Positions 20,158 to 29,564 of a stretch of 64,000 nucleotides of DNA are shown piece by piece. How positions within the stretch are numbered: position 1 is the first letter of the stretch; the number at the start of each line of letters is the position of its first letter. The notes below the pieces were generated by a model. It saw nothing but the letters and a program-made list of their open reading frames with translations, searched no databases and had not been told where the DNA came from. The stretch lies in assembly GCA_965662895.1 (NCBI GenBank), contig CBFIJH010000001.1, positions 164,436-228,435 on the forward strand, given 5' to 3'. This DNA is from Candidatus Poseidoniaceae archaeon. Lineage in GTDB: Archaea > Thermoplasmatota > Poseidoniia > Poseidoniales > Poseidoniaceae. The translations under genes and the position numbers were made by a program.

Positions 20158-20630
20158 GCATGATAACTGGGAACATTTCTGGTCTCTTTGCAACCACAGT
20201 AGGTGGTGTACCAAAGCCAGAAGTTGATTCAATCATCGTTGGAAAACTTGGTGTAAAAGACGAGATTATTCGAGATACAAAACATCACGGTGGAGAACAA
20301 AAAGCCGTGTGTATCCTCGCTGAGGAAATCGTTCAGGATTTGCGAGAACGTGGACACCCGATTGCTGGTGGGACGACGGGTGAGAACATCCTGTTGAGTG
20401 TTCCATTCGAAGTTCTTCAACCAGGTGTTGTTCTTGAATTCGATGAAGCAGTCCTCGAGATCACCATGGCAGCTACACCTTGCAAAACCATCGCTGAATC
20501 ATTTTTGAATCAGGAGTTCACGCTCCTCTCCGACAAACGACATCCTGGAAGAACGCGTTGGTATGCACGAGTGCAAGTTGAAGGAATTATCAAAAATGGA
20601 GAAAATGTTGCAATCAACTCAAACGCTTGA
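20154..20630 (+). CDS. MOSC domain protein (YiiM-like)
   Basis: HHGGEQKAV, GENI and PCKTI. Confidence 0.85.
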   Translation: MSMITGNISGLFATTVGGVPKPEVDSIIVGKLGVKDEIIRDTKHHGGEQKAVCILAEEIVQDLRERGHPIAGGTTGENILLSVPFEVLQPGVVLEFDEAVLEITMAATPCKTIAESFLNQEFTLLSDKRHPGRTRWYARVQVEGIIKNGENVAINSNA

Positions 20631-22368
20631 GTTGAAGGTCTGTCAGTTCTCGTAATGCAAGCATTGCTGGACCATCTGGCAGACGATCCAAACAAGCATG
20701 CGCATGTTGATGATACTCATTTGCTTTGACACGAGCATATTCGATGGAGCCAAGTTCCTCCAATGCAGCGATTCCGTCTTGAATCATCTCCTCTGTTGCT
20801 TCTTCACCCTTTCCTAACACGGACAGGAGTCGTGACTTGGTTTCTGAAGTGGGTTGCTTGAGAGCATGAATGACCATCAGCGTCTGCTTACCTTGGGCAA
20901 CATCCGAACCCGTTGGTTTCCCAAGCGTTGCTGAATCTGAAAGAACGTCAATTAAGTCGTCCATCAATTGGAAACAAAGACCTACGGAAAGACCCCAATC
21001 TGCAAGGCATTTGATGACGTCTTCATCGGCTCCCGCCACTCGTGCCCCAATTTCAGCACAGATGAGAAACATGACGGCAGTTTTTCCTTCGATCATCTCA
21101 AGATATTCCTCTTCTGTGACTCGCTCGCGTGTTTCAAACTCAATGTCCATTTGTTGGCCTTCGGAAACTCGTCGAACCATCCAAGCGATTCGATTTACCA
21201 ATGAAGGTATATCTTGCAAGTCAATATTTGCTGACATAACAAGTCGCTCAAATGCAATGGCGAGCATAGCATCCCCTGCATTGATCGCTGTCGGCATATC
21301 GTACTCGATATGCACAGCATTCCGGCCTCGCCGAATTTCATCATTGTCCATGATGTCATCGTGAACGAGTGTGAAGTTGTGAATGGTTTCAATCGCAGCA
21401 CCAATATCGAGAAGACCAGAATGCGTATCGCCTACAGCCCGTCCAACCAGCCATGGAAGCGTTGCACGCATTCGTTTTCCTCCACCATGAATGAGATGCA
21501 TCATTGCACCAGCCAGACGTTCATGACGAGAAGCAGTCAAACTCTCAACAATTCGCTGTTCAATGAACGGACGGACTTCTTTGATACTCGTCAAGAGATC
21601 TGCACCTTCAGCACTTGGCAGCATGTGCGTGACATCACCCATGTCGTGAATCTTGCCATCTCGGAGTGCCTCACACGCATCCTTGTCACCTGCAGCGCTC
21701 CACCATTCAGGCGTCATAATTCTTGCCGCAATGCAACGGAACCAAGGTGCAATAACTTCGTCTGAATTATCAGCAACCAACATCGCGTCCAATTCCTCGA
21801 AGTTCACCCACCTTACTGCTGAGACTTCATTCGCATTCGGATGAAGTTCAACGTCGGCTTGAATCATGAGAATGTGATCAATTTCTCGTTCAATCCAGTC
21901 AGCATTCATTCTGGAACAATAGCGCATTTTCGTTATGAAATGAAAATCATCAATGCTGAGCGATGAAGCTGGAATCCCTAACTCCTGATCGAGTTTGCGA
22001 ATTGCAGCAAGTTTTACGCCTCTTGCATCTGTTTCATCCATCTCATCCTCACTTGCAAGAGGATGTGAGCAACAAGAGTTTGCCCAAACGCTTGGGAACG
22101 TAATCTTGTCATGTGCACGTTGCTGAAGCAGCAATTTTCCTTCCATATTGAACAATAAAACACTGAACGCCCGATGAAGTGCACCGGACTTGAAGTGGCT
22201 GTCTGCTTTGCTTATTGGGCCAATGACCACATCGTTTTCGTCGACCTGTAGGACAGCTTCCGCCATCATGCTCACTTGTGTTGAATCGGGTGACTGGGCT
22301 GCCATCAATTTTGAAACAGTATTGTCAATATCCGCTTCTGGAACATCTCCGCTTGCGTAGTTCGACAT
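20614..22368 (-). CDS. fused type-1 IPP isomerase / geranylgeranyl-diphosphate synthase
   Basis: N-terminal LHRAFSV, NSCCSHP and EREIDH; C-terminal GGKRMR, FTLVHDDIMD and FQLMDD. Confidence 0.92.
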   Translation of the reverse strand: MSNYASGDVPEADIDNTVSKLMAAQSPDSTQVSMMAEAVLQVDENDVVIGPISKADSHFKSGALHRAFSVLLFNMEGKLLLQQRAHDKITFPSVWANSCCSHPLASEDEMDETDARGVKLAAIRKLDQELGIPASSLSIDDFHFITKMRYCSRMNADWIEREIDHILMIQADVELHPNANEVSAVRWVNFEELDAMLVADNSDEVIAPWFRCIAARIMTPEWWSAAGDKDACEALRDGKIHDMGDVTHMLPSAEGADLLTSIKEVRPFIEQRIVESLTASRHERLAGAMMHLIHGGGKRMRATLPWLVGRAVGDTHSGLLDIGAAIETIHNFTLVHDDIMDNDEIRRGRNAVHIEYDMPTAINAGDAMLAIAFERLVMSANIDLQDIPSLVNRIAWMVRRVSEGQQMDIEFETRERVTEEEYLEMIEGKTAVMFLICAEIGARVAGADEDVIKCLADWGLSVGLCFQLMDDLIDVLSDSATLGKPTGSDVAQGKQTLMVIHALKQPTSETKSRLLSVLGKGEEATEEMIQDGIAALEELGSIEYARVKANEYHQHAHACLDRLPDGPAMLALRELTDLQLKRLS

Positions 22369-22436
22369 ATGAGCCCCAACCTTTCTTTTGAGAGGCGCTA
22401 CATAGAGAGTTCGCCTCAGGTCGCAGAAAACGACGC

Positions 22437-22679
22437 CTACTTTCGCCGAATGGACCAATTTTTTCGACCAAGCCCTTCGAGGGCTACGCCTGTCATTGCC
22501 CCCCATGCGAGAGGAGAATCGATGGCGAAGTAAAACATTGGAACCATGACAAGGAATGCTAGGATCCAATGATGGAGCCAGAATGTCTTTGTTCGGATAT
22601 GAAATTTTATGTTCTCAGTTGTCCAACGAACAATGGCGTAACTTGCGACGAGACCAAGTGCGTACAAACCAAAGTCCAT
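22437..22679 (-). CDS. small membrane protein
   Basis: 80-aa ORF with WLHHW motif and hydrophobic helices. Confidence 0.65.
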   Translation of the reverse strand: MDFGLYALGLVASYAIVRWTTENIKFHIRTKTFWLHHWILAFLVMVPMFYFAIDSPLAWGAMTGVALEGLGRKNWSIRRK

Positions 22680-22688
22680 AGCATCAAC

Positions 22689-23504
22689 TCAGGGTAAAAT
22701 CGTCGTACCTCTCCACGGTTCACCACGAAGAAGTGCAAGGAGACGCTCAGGCTTCTCTCCATTGAAAAGATGAACACCGATTCCGGATTTGGCAACCAAA
22801 TGCCCACGTGCCATTTTCAATCCAATTCCTCCAGTCACATCAATATCGGTTTGATGGAGTCCTTCGTACTCAATATTAGGCGACCATTCACGAATCAAAT
22901 CATTCTCAGTTGCAACATGTGGTGGCACGCGTAGCAAACCATCAACCCCTCCCATTGCAAAAAGAAGGGATTCAATATTCCTCAATTCCAGTGACAGTCT
23001 CACAACGATATCATCTCCTGAAAGGATTCCAAACTTTCGTTCATCATCAACATCAACGACATCGCCGAATGTAATGTGAACCGTCTTCGGATCTGTCTCA
23101 GAAAATCTCGTGAGTGAACCAGAGAATTCTGGTCCAAGATTGCGGGCCCAACGATGTGGTGGATGAGAGCAAACCTTCAATTTGAATCGTTCCAGTTCAG
23201 AGGCAACAATTTTGTTCAAATTCAGCATATCACCCCGAACGCTCTCAACTGCCTCAAATTGCGATTGACAGAAATCATCACTCAGTTCGAGGTCGGGAAG
23301 GTAACCTTCATTCAGACGCCATCGTTTTGCTTTCAAATGACCAAAAGAACCCGCTCCATGTACAAGGATGACTTGTATGCCGTCGTTCGTAATCGAGTGG
23401 ACTGCTTCGCATAAGTCTCGAATGATTTCAAGATGTGCTACACATTCTTCGTCCTTTTTTGTGATGAGGGCACCTCCAAATTTAATGACGATGCGTCTCA
23501 CCAT
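22689..23504 (-). CDS. ipk: isopentenyl phosphate kinase
   Basis: IKFGGALIT, VHGAGSFGH, GILSGDD and DVTGGI. Confidence 0.9.
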   Translation of the reverse strand: MVRRIVIKFGGALITKKDEECVAHLEIIRDLCEAVHSITNDGIQVILVHGAGSFGHLKAKRWRLNEGYLPDLELSDDFCQSQFEAVESVRGDMLNLNKIVASELERFKLKVCSHPPHRWARNLGPEFSGSLTRFSETDPKTVHITFGDVVDVDDERKFGILSGDDIVVRLSLELRNIESLLFAMGGVDGLLRVPPHVATENDLIREWSPNIEYEGLHQTDIDVTGGIGLKMARGHLVAKSGIGVHLFNGEKPERLLALLRGEPWRGTTILP

Positions 23505-23582
23505 GGGATGGGCACGAATCTGACCTTCATGAGTATGCCTACAAAACACAGGATTCAATAGTCTGCGTGGTTTGACAGCACT

Positions 23583-23924
23583 ATGACCGATGAGGGCCCA
23601 AGTCTCGATTCCTTCCTTCGCCACCTTCAGACAGAGGTCGAAGCGGCAAATGAGATTACAGACAAAGCGGAGCGAAACAATCGATTGTTGCAACTCGAGT
23701 CATCCATTCAAGAAGCCATCATTTTTGCGAATCGATACAAGGAACTCAAAAATCAAGGTGTTGATCCGCTTCTTCTTGTCGACCCTAAAATACAGCAGGA
23801 ACGTCCAGCTCCGCCAGCAACAAAAGGCCAATCAATCCTCTTGGGATCATCAACATGCGAAGCATGTGGCAAACTGCTTGAAAACGACTTGGACTTCTGT
23901 CCAGCCTGCGGTGCAACGAAGTAA
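23583..23924 (+). CDS. zinc-ribbon protein
   Basis: C-terminal CEAC..FCPACG. Confidence 0.7.
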   Translation: MTDEGPSLDSFLRHLQTEVEAANEITDKAERNNRLLQLESSIQEAIIFANRYKELKNQGVDPLLLVDPKIQQERPAPPATKGQSILLGSSTCEACGKLLENDLDFCPACGATK

Positions 23925-24614
23925 TTACTCTTCTTCTTCGCGTTCCCAACGTGCAACCGTATCAACAATCATCGGATCGTCTTCACCAACCCGATAGAGG
24001 TATTCAGGAGGGACCTCATCGGTGAGAAATACAGTCTTTCCAGCCCGATAGATCGTGTGCCCATCCGCTACAGCACGAACCGTGTCGACCTCGATGATTG
24101 CAGGTCGATCGATACGGACATGACCTGCTTCAAGTGCATTCACGATGGTCTTGGAAAGGTGGATATGGTTTCGAGTTCCTGAAGTGATGCCAAATTGAAC
24201 GATGGCTTCTGCTTCTTCTGGTTCACATGGCCAGTACAATGCTTCTGGAATTTCATCGGTAGGTAGGTCGAGCTCAATTTCAATGGAATGGCCGTATGTG
24301 GCTCGAATCATCTCACCCTCGACTTGGTATCGTCCTTTCTCATCAGCATTGGCAATTGCTTCAAAGTGCCAACCTCGCAACCAGTGATAGTGACGACGCT
24401 GTCCGGAAATTGAATCCGCAAGTTCTCGGGTACTCACCCATCCATTGATGTCCATTTCTACATTAAATTTCTCAGGTGCGTGTCGAAGGACAAGCGCTAG
24501 CATCCGGCCGAGACTGCCCGCCTCTCGGTCACTCATGATGAATTTCCCTTCTTCATTGCATACAGGACAGTTCGTGCCACTGAAGTGACCGTGCTTTCTA
24601 CATTGGCGCAGCAT
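23925..24614 (-). CDS. kptA: RNA 2'-phosphotransferase (Tpt1/KptA)
   Basis: LRHAP, KGRYQ, IRATYGHS and HIHLS. Confidence 0.92.
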   Translation of the reverse strand: MLRQCRKHGHFSGTNCPVCNEEGKFIMSDREAGSLGRMLALVLRHAPEKFNVEMDINGWVSTRELADSISGQRRHYHWLRGWHFEAIANADEKGRYQVEGEMIRATYGHSIEIELDLPTDEIPEALYWPCEPEEAEAIVQFGITSGTRNHIHLSKTIVNALEAGHVRIDRPAIIEVDTVRAVADGHTIYRAGKTVFLTDEVPPEYLYRVGEDDPMIVDTVARWEREEEE

Positions 24615-24697
24615 GAACGAGGCTATCGCCACCCATTCATGAACCCTGCGGGTGAACGAACCGACTCAATCAAATGCTTGTTTCGTTTGGAAGCGAC

Positions 24698-25867
24698 ATG
24701 GTCGATGTTGCAATGGTCGGTGCTAGCCAAACAAAATTTGGCAACCATCCTCTTGGACTCAAAGGGATGTGGTCTGAAGCAATGGAAAAAGCGATGCAAA
24801 GTGTTGATTTCGACTTTCATCCAACTCAAGTTGATGAAGCCTTCATTGGAAGCATCGCGTTTGGAGGATCACAATTAGGCAACACTGCCGCCCTTCTCAC
24901 TGAGCATTCAGGAATGGAAGGCGTGAGCGTTCGGCGCGTTGAAAATGCATGTGCATCATCAGGCTTTGCTCTCCGAGATGCATGGATGGCTATCAAAAGC
25001 GGACAAGCAGATGTTGTTGTGGCTGGTGGAATCGAGAAAATGAACGATTTATCAGCATCAAGAAAACGGTATTGGCTCGGCGTTTCTGGCGACACTGAAT
25101 GGGAACGCCTCGCAGGTCTAACATTTCCTGGAACCTATGCACTCACAGCACGACGCTATTTTCATGAATTTGATTCCACACACGATGACTTGGTTCACGT
25201 TTCGGTCAAAAACCACATGCATGGGTTCGACAATGAAGTCGCTCACCTACGGAAACAGGTGTCATTCGAAAAGGCAAATTCCGGATTTATGGTCGCAGAT
25301 CCTCTCACGCTCTACGATTGTTGTCCAACATCCGATGGTGCATCTGCCGTGATTTTGGTGGCAGATCATCTCGCTCACAACTTCACGGATACACCTGTCT
25401 GGGTCAAAGGCTCTGGCGCTGGTTCGGATCACCTCGCTTTGCATGATCGCCCAAGTATCACAGAACTCCGGGCGACGCAGGCCGCTGCATCCAAGGCATA
25501 CAAAACCGCAGGTGTCAATGCATCTGACATCGATTTGGCAGAAGTGCATGATTGTTTTACCATCGCTGAAGTCCTCGCCACTGAAGATCTTGGCTTTGCA
25601 TCTCGTGGGCAAGGTGGACGATTTGCTCGTGACGGAGAAGGACGGAGAAACGAAGGTCGTGTTGCCATTAATGCCAGCGGAGGTCTCAAGTCAAAAGGAC
25701 ACCCGCTTGGTGCAACAGGCACGGGTCAAGCTGTTGAAATCTTCAAACAACTGAGGCATGAGGTTGAACCAAATCGCCAAATCAGAGATGCTGAGTTGGG
25801 TCTGACACACAACGTCGGTGGTTCGGGTGCAACCTGTGCGGTGCACATTTTTGGGAGGGAGCGCTGA
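24698..25867 (+). CDS. acetyl-CoA C-acetyltransferase (archaeal/SCP2-type thiolase)
   Basis: ENACASSG, EVHDCF, KGHPLGATG and HNVGG. Confidence 0.93.
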   Translation: MVDVAMVGASQTKFGNHPLGLKGMWSEAMEKAMQSVDFDFHPTQVDEAFIGSIAFGGSQLGNTAALLTEHSGMEGVSVRRVENACASSGFALRDAWMAIKSGQADVVVAGGIEKMNDLSASRKRYWLGVSGDTEWERLAGLTFPGTYALTARRYFHEFDSTHDDLVHVSVKNHMHGFDNEVAHLRKQVSFEKANSGFMVADPLTLYDCCPTSDGASAVILVADHLAHNFTDTPVWVKGSGAGSDHLALHDRPSITELRATQAAASKAYKTAGVNASDIDLAEVHDCFTIAEVLATEDLGFASRGQGGRFARDGEGRRNEGRVAINASGGLKSKGHPLGATGTGQAVEIFKQLRHEVEPNRQIRDAELGLTHNVGGSGATCAVHIFGRER

Positions 25868-26670
25868 TGACAATTCAACACATTTCCAATGCCGACGGTG
25901 ACTTTGCATGCAGCATGTACGGACCAGAATGGGCGGGACCGGATGGGGACAGGCTCACCTTGGCTCTCGCACTGCTGAAGCATTTAGGTTCAGGAAAGGT
26001 CCAATTGCATTCCTTCGAAAATCACCTTGTGTTCCAGCCAAGCGTTGGCATTTCAGAAATTATAGAGTCAGCAACAGATTGGAACATTGCTGAGGATTCT
26101 GGCATGTATCTCCACGCCCATGCTGATTTGTTTCTCGTGGCGATGAGTACATCGAGCGAGGAACCGGTTTGGCCTCAATTTGATTCGATTGAATATTCGA
26201 AAGAATTGAAAAATGAGTTGGAAGTTCAATGGAAAAAAGAAATTTCTGGAGTGAGTCAGGGCGCATATGTATCACAGTCACAACACATGATTTCAACACC
26301 TTCACGACTCGGACTATTGGCTCAGCGGCATCAAGAACACCTCGTTTGGCCACCTCGCCAACTCAATGAAGATGGAGAACGTATTGAAACTGCAACGACG
26401 AAGTTGTCCGAGTCAGCTACAATCTTGACTTGGACGCGACTGAGTCCCGCTGGAGCACCTTCTGAGTTCTCTGAACGAGCACCAATTCTGGATGGTGTTG
26501 CAACCGTTTTGGTCGCTTTTGATCAAGGACCGAAAGGGGTTTTTATGTTAGCAGACGATGAAAAAGGGACACCGAGCATCGGATCTCGAGTATGTTTCGA
26601 AATCCGTCGATTGTATGGACAGGATGAAATGATTCATTATGGCTTGAAAGCGCGACTCTTAAATTCCTAA
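25867..26670 (+). CDS. DUF35/OB-fold thiolase partner with divergent N-terminal domain
   Basis: QGAYVS, TWTRL..GAPSEF and RRLY..IHYGLKA; overlaps the thiolase stop codon. Confidence 0.7.
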   Translation: MTIQHISNADGDFACSMYGPEWAGPDGDRLTLALALLKHLGSGKVQLHSFENHLVFQPSVGISEIIESATDWNIAEDSGMYLHAHADLFLVAMSTSSEEPVWPQFDSIEYSKELKNELEVQWKKEISGVSQGAYVSQSQHMISTPSRLGLLAQRHQEHLVWPPRQLNEDGERIETATTKLSESATILTWTRLSPAGAPSEFSERAPILDGVATVLVAFDQGPKGVFMLADDEKGTPSIGSRVCFEIRRLYGQDEMIHYGLKARLLNS

Positions 26671-26717
26671 ACGAGAGGATAGAAGCCTTCATAGAAAGTC
26701 TGAGGAGTGGGTGGCGT

Positions 26718-27734
26718 ATGGCTGGTTTTGGGGGTATCCGGAAAGGAAAAAAAGAAGCGGCAGATAATCTGAGCATCCAAGAAGATGGAGATTGTGCTCG
26801 CTGTGGAGGAGAAAGCCAACCATCAACGATGGAAGGCTATCTCGCCTGTACCCGCTGTTCATACGAGTGGGCAGATCCAAATCATGTGTCAAAGAAGGTG
26901 CGTGGACCGCCTCCGAATCACCGTCGCGATTCTGAATTAATCAATGAATTCAAGGCTGAAATGGAACGCGGCGACCTCAAAGGTGTACTCGGCGTCGATT
27001 CCAATCTCTCTGCTGAGCAAGAACAATCTCTGAAACGTCTCGAAGACAAATGGATGAGCGGCATGCAGGGTCATTACAATGCTGCATCTGAAGATCGGAA
27101 ACCTCTGATGATTAGTTTTGATGATGATGACAATCTTGTTTCGACCGAGGTTGCTGCTTTGACAATCGTTTCAAATGGATTCGATGGAGGTGAAGAAATT
27201 CGACTCGAGTATCCTGGAATTGGAACCGAATTTTATGCCTACAACGAGCGGAGCCCCACAGGTTGGAAACGTGGACGAAGCAGTGAAGAAACCGCCCGCT
27301 CGATCACCAACGTGATCAACAGATCCTCTCGGTTGGTCTATGCCAATCTTGAGGGAAGTCGAATTTCCTTTGAGTTACGCGACGACAAACTCAAACCCGA
27401 GTCGCTTGTACTGTTCGTTGACGACCCAGGCGGTCAGGACATCGTCGCAGAAAAAGGAGGAGTCATCCTCGATTTCCGCGACGTCAACGTCCTTGATGAT
27501 TACAGGAATGTAATCGCTCTTGTTCTTGAAGATGGCATCATCTCTCCAAGCGAGGATCAAATGATGTGGGTTATGCGTCAGCAATTAGGAATTACGGAAG
27601 AACAACACGTTACGTTGGTGCAAGAAATCTTTGGGGCAAACGCTCTCAAAGAATGTCCAAATTGCAACAAGATGGCAGAATTGTATCCAGAATACTCTGC
27701 ATGGTACTGTCAGCCTTGCGAAAGTTGGCTTTGA
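26718..27734 (+). CDS. hypothetical protein with N- and C-terminal Zn ribbons and a TerB-like motif
   Basis: CARC..CTRC; EDGIISPSE..LGITEEQH; CPNC..CQPC. Confidence 0.7.
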   Translation: MAGFGGIRKGKKEAADNLSIQEDGDCARCGGESQPSTMEGYLACTRCSYEWADPNHVSKKVRGPPPNHRRDSELINEFKAEMERGDLKGVLGVDSNLSAEQEQSLKRLEDKWMSGMQGHYNAASEDRKPLMISFDDDDNLVSTEVAALTIVSNGFDGGEEIRLEYPGIGTEFYAYNERSPTGWKRGRSSEETARSITNVINRSSRLVYANLEGSRISFELRDDKLKPESLVLFVDDPGGQDIVAEKGGVILDFRDVNVLDDYRNVIALVLEDGIISPSEDQMMWVMRQQLGITEEQHVTLVQEIFGANALKECPNCNKMAELYPEYSAWYCQPCESWL

Positions 27735-27842
27735 TTCTTGTTCTATAGAATATTTCGGACTATTGTTTTCCGATGAATTTGGCGAACTTTAGCGAGGGAT
27801 GCTTCATAAAGTGGACGGTATTCCCATAAATTGGCGAACGCT

Positions 27843-28868
27843 ATGGCAGAAGACGTATTGTATATTGGAATTGATTTGGGAACCTTTCGTTCAGTCATGG
27901 TCTCCTCTGGTAACCACGAAGTAGAGGAACTCACAGTAATTGGAACACCAAAAGATCAGATCGCACGCAATTTCCTGAAGAGAGATGTTCTTTTTGGAGA
28001 AGAGGCATTGAAAAACCGACTTGCGTTGAATCTCTTCCGACCATTGGAACTCGGTGTCATCAAAGACACACCAGAGGACCGTCAATTCATTGCCCACTTC
28101 ATCACCCACTTGATTGGACTCTCTGACCCTGAAGAGCACGATCGAGTGGTTGCAGTCATTGGTGCGCCAGCTGAAGCAAGTCACGTTGACAAAACGGCGA
28201 TTTTTGATGCCGCTGCCGGCAGTGTCAACGCAGCCATGATTATTTCTGAGCCATTCGCTGTCGCCTACGCACTCGACATGATTGAGCACACGCTTGTCAT
28301 CGATATCGGTGCTGGAACAACAGACCTTTGCCGTGTCTACGGAACGATTCCAGGTCCAGGCGACCAAATGCACACTGGCTATGCTGGCGACTACGTCGAC
28401 GCTCAAATCATCAAGGAGGTTCAATCAAAGTACAACGGTGCTCAGATTACAAAAGACATGGCACGACGCTGGAAGGAACAGTATTCCTTTGTGTCCACAT
28501 CAACTCCGGATGATCCAATCATGGTCGACTTCTCCATCGAAGGGAAGGCCATGAATCTCGACATCACGGATTGCATACAGAGGGCTTGCGAGTCCATTGT
28601 CGACCCCATTGTCGAAAATGTGAAGCAACTGATCGCTGACTCCAACCCTGAATATCACGACCAATTCCGCCGAAATATGGTTCTTGCCGGTGGCGGATCT
28701 GGTATCCGTGGTCTCGGTGCACTCATCGAGCGCCGACTCTCCGACATGGGCGATGTCAGCGTTCACGTTGTTGATGACCCAGTTCGACTCGGTGCAATGG
28801 GTGGTCTCCGATTGGCTATGGAAGTTCCAGAAGACATGTGGAAGAACCTCACCCTCGCATCGCGTTGA
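27843..28868 (+). CDS. actin-like ATPase, MamK-like
   Basis: GIDLGT, SEPF, DIGAGTTD and AGGGSGIRGL actin motifs, plus segments resembling MamK (GTPKD, GTIPGPGDQ, KEQYSFV, LRLAMEVP..W). Confidence 0.9.
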   Translation: MAEDVLYIGIDLGTFRSVMVSSGNHEVEELTVIGTPKDQIARNFLKRDVLFGEEALKNRLALNLFRPLELGVIKDTPEDRQFIAHFITHLIGLSDPEEHDRVVAVIGAPAEASHVDKTAIFDAAAGSVNAAMIISEPFAVAYALDMIEHTLVIDIGAGTTDLCRVYGTIPGPGDQMHTGYAGDYVDAQIIKEVQSKYNGAQITKDMARRWKEQYSFVSTSTPDDPIMVDFSIEGKAMNLDITDCIQRACESIVDPIVENVKQLIADSNPEYHDQFRRNMVLAGGGSGIRGLGALIERRLSDMGDVSVHVVDDPVRLGAMGGLRLAMEVPEDMWKNLTLASR

Positions 28869-28877
28869 GTTGTTAGC

Positions 28878-29558
28878 ATGAACAAGGGACTTGCCATTAC
28901 TGGTGGAGCCTTCTTGTTTGTTTCGCTGTTCGTCATCGTGGTCTCCTTCTTCAGCGTCCTCGATTATCGTCCAACAACTGAAAACATCCTTCATGATACG
29001 TCCAAAGATGGAACATCGTTCGAATACGATGGATCGAGCATTCCAATGGAAGTGTATGCAATAGGAAATCTAGTCAATTGTGACAATTTCAATCTGACCA
29101 TCACGGGGTATATGGGCGATATCTTTCTCCAAGACTGTGTTTCTGGTACAGATTACCCAGGCTACACGTATCTCGGGGATATCGTGGATACTGCGGCTGC
29201 TGGCAATTACACGATTACTGCTGAGGAAAACATTGTCATCGTTGATGCAAGTGAGATTATCGTACCCGCCTTTGGTATGTGCGGAGGAAGTGTTTGCTGC
29301 TTGCTTGGTCTTCTTCTCCTCCTTGTCAGCCTTGTCACTGGAAAGAAGACGCCTCAAGTCGTGCTTTACCAACAACCAGGTGCACAGATGTATCAACCGA
29401 ACCAAACCACTGTACAGCAATACGTTCCTGCTGCTCCATCTGGCCAACAGCAACAGATACAACCTGTCATTCCCAGCCAACAGCCATCTCAAGGTTTCGT
29501 GCCGATCCATCAAACCGAGTTTGAAGGATTTTCCTTTGAACACAAAAAAGACGATTGA
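28878..29558 (+). CDS. 2-TM membrane protein with extracellular domain and Q/P-rich tail
   Basis: N-terminal TM, Cys-rich second TM (MCGGSVCC) and QQP-rich C-terminus. Confidence 0.75.
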   Translation: MNKGLAITGGAFLFVSLFVIVVSFFSVLDYRPTTENILHDTSKDGTSFEYDGSSIPMEVYAIGNLVNCDNFNLTITGYMGDIFLQDCVSGTDYPGYTYLGDIVDTAAAGNYTITAEENIVIVDASEIIVPAFGMCGGSVCCLLGLLLLLVSLVTGKKTPQVVLYQQPGAQMYQPNQTTVQQYVPAAPSGQQQQIQPVIPSQQPSQGFVPIHQTEFEGFSFEHKKDD

Positions 29559-29564
29559 GAAATC

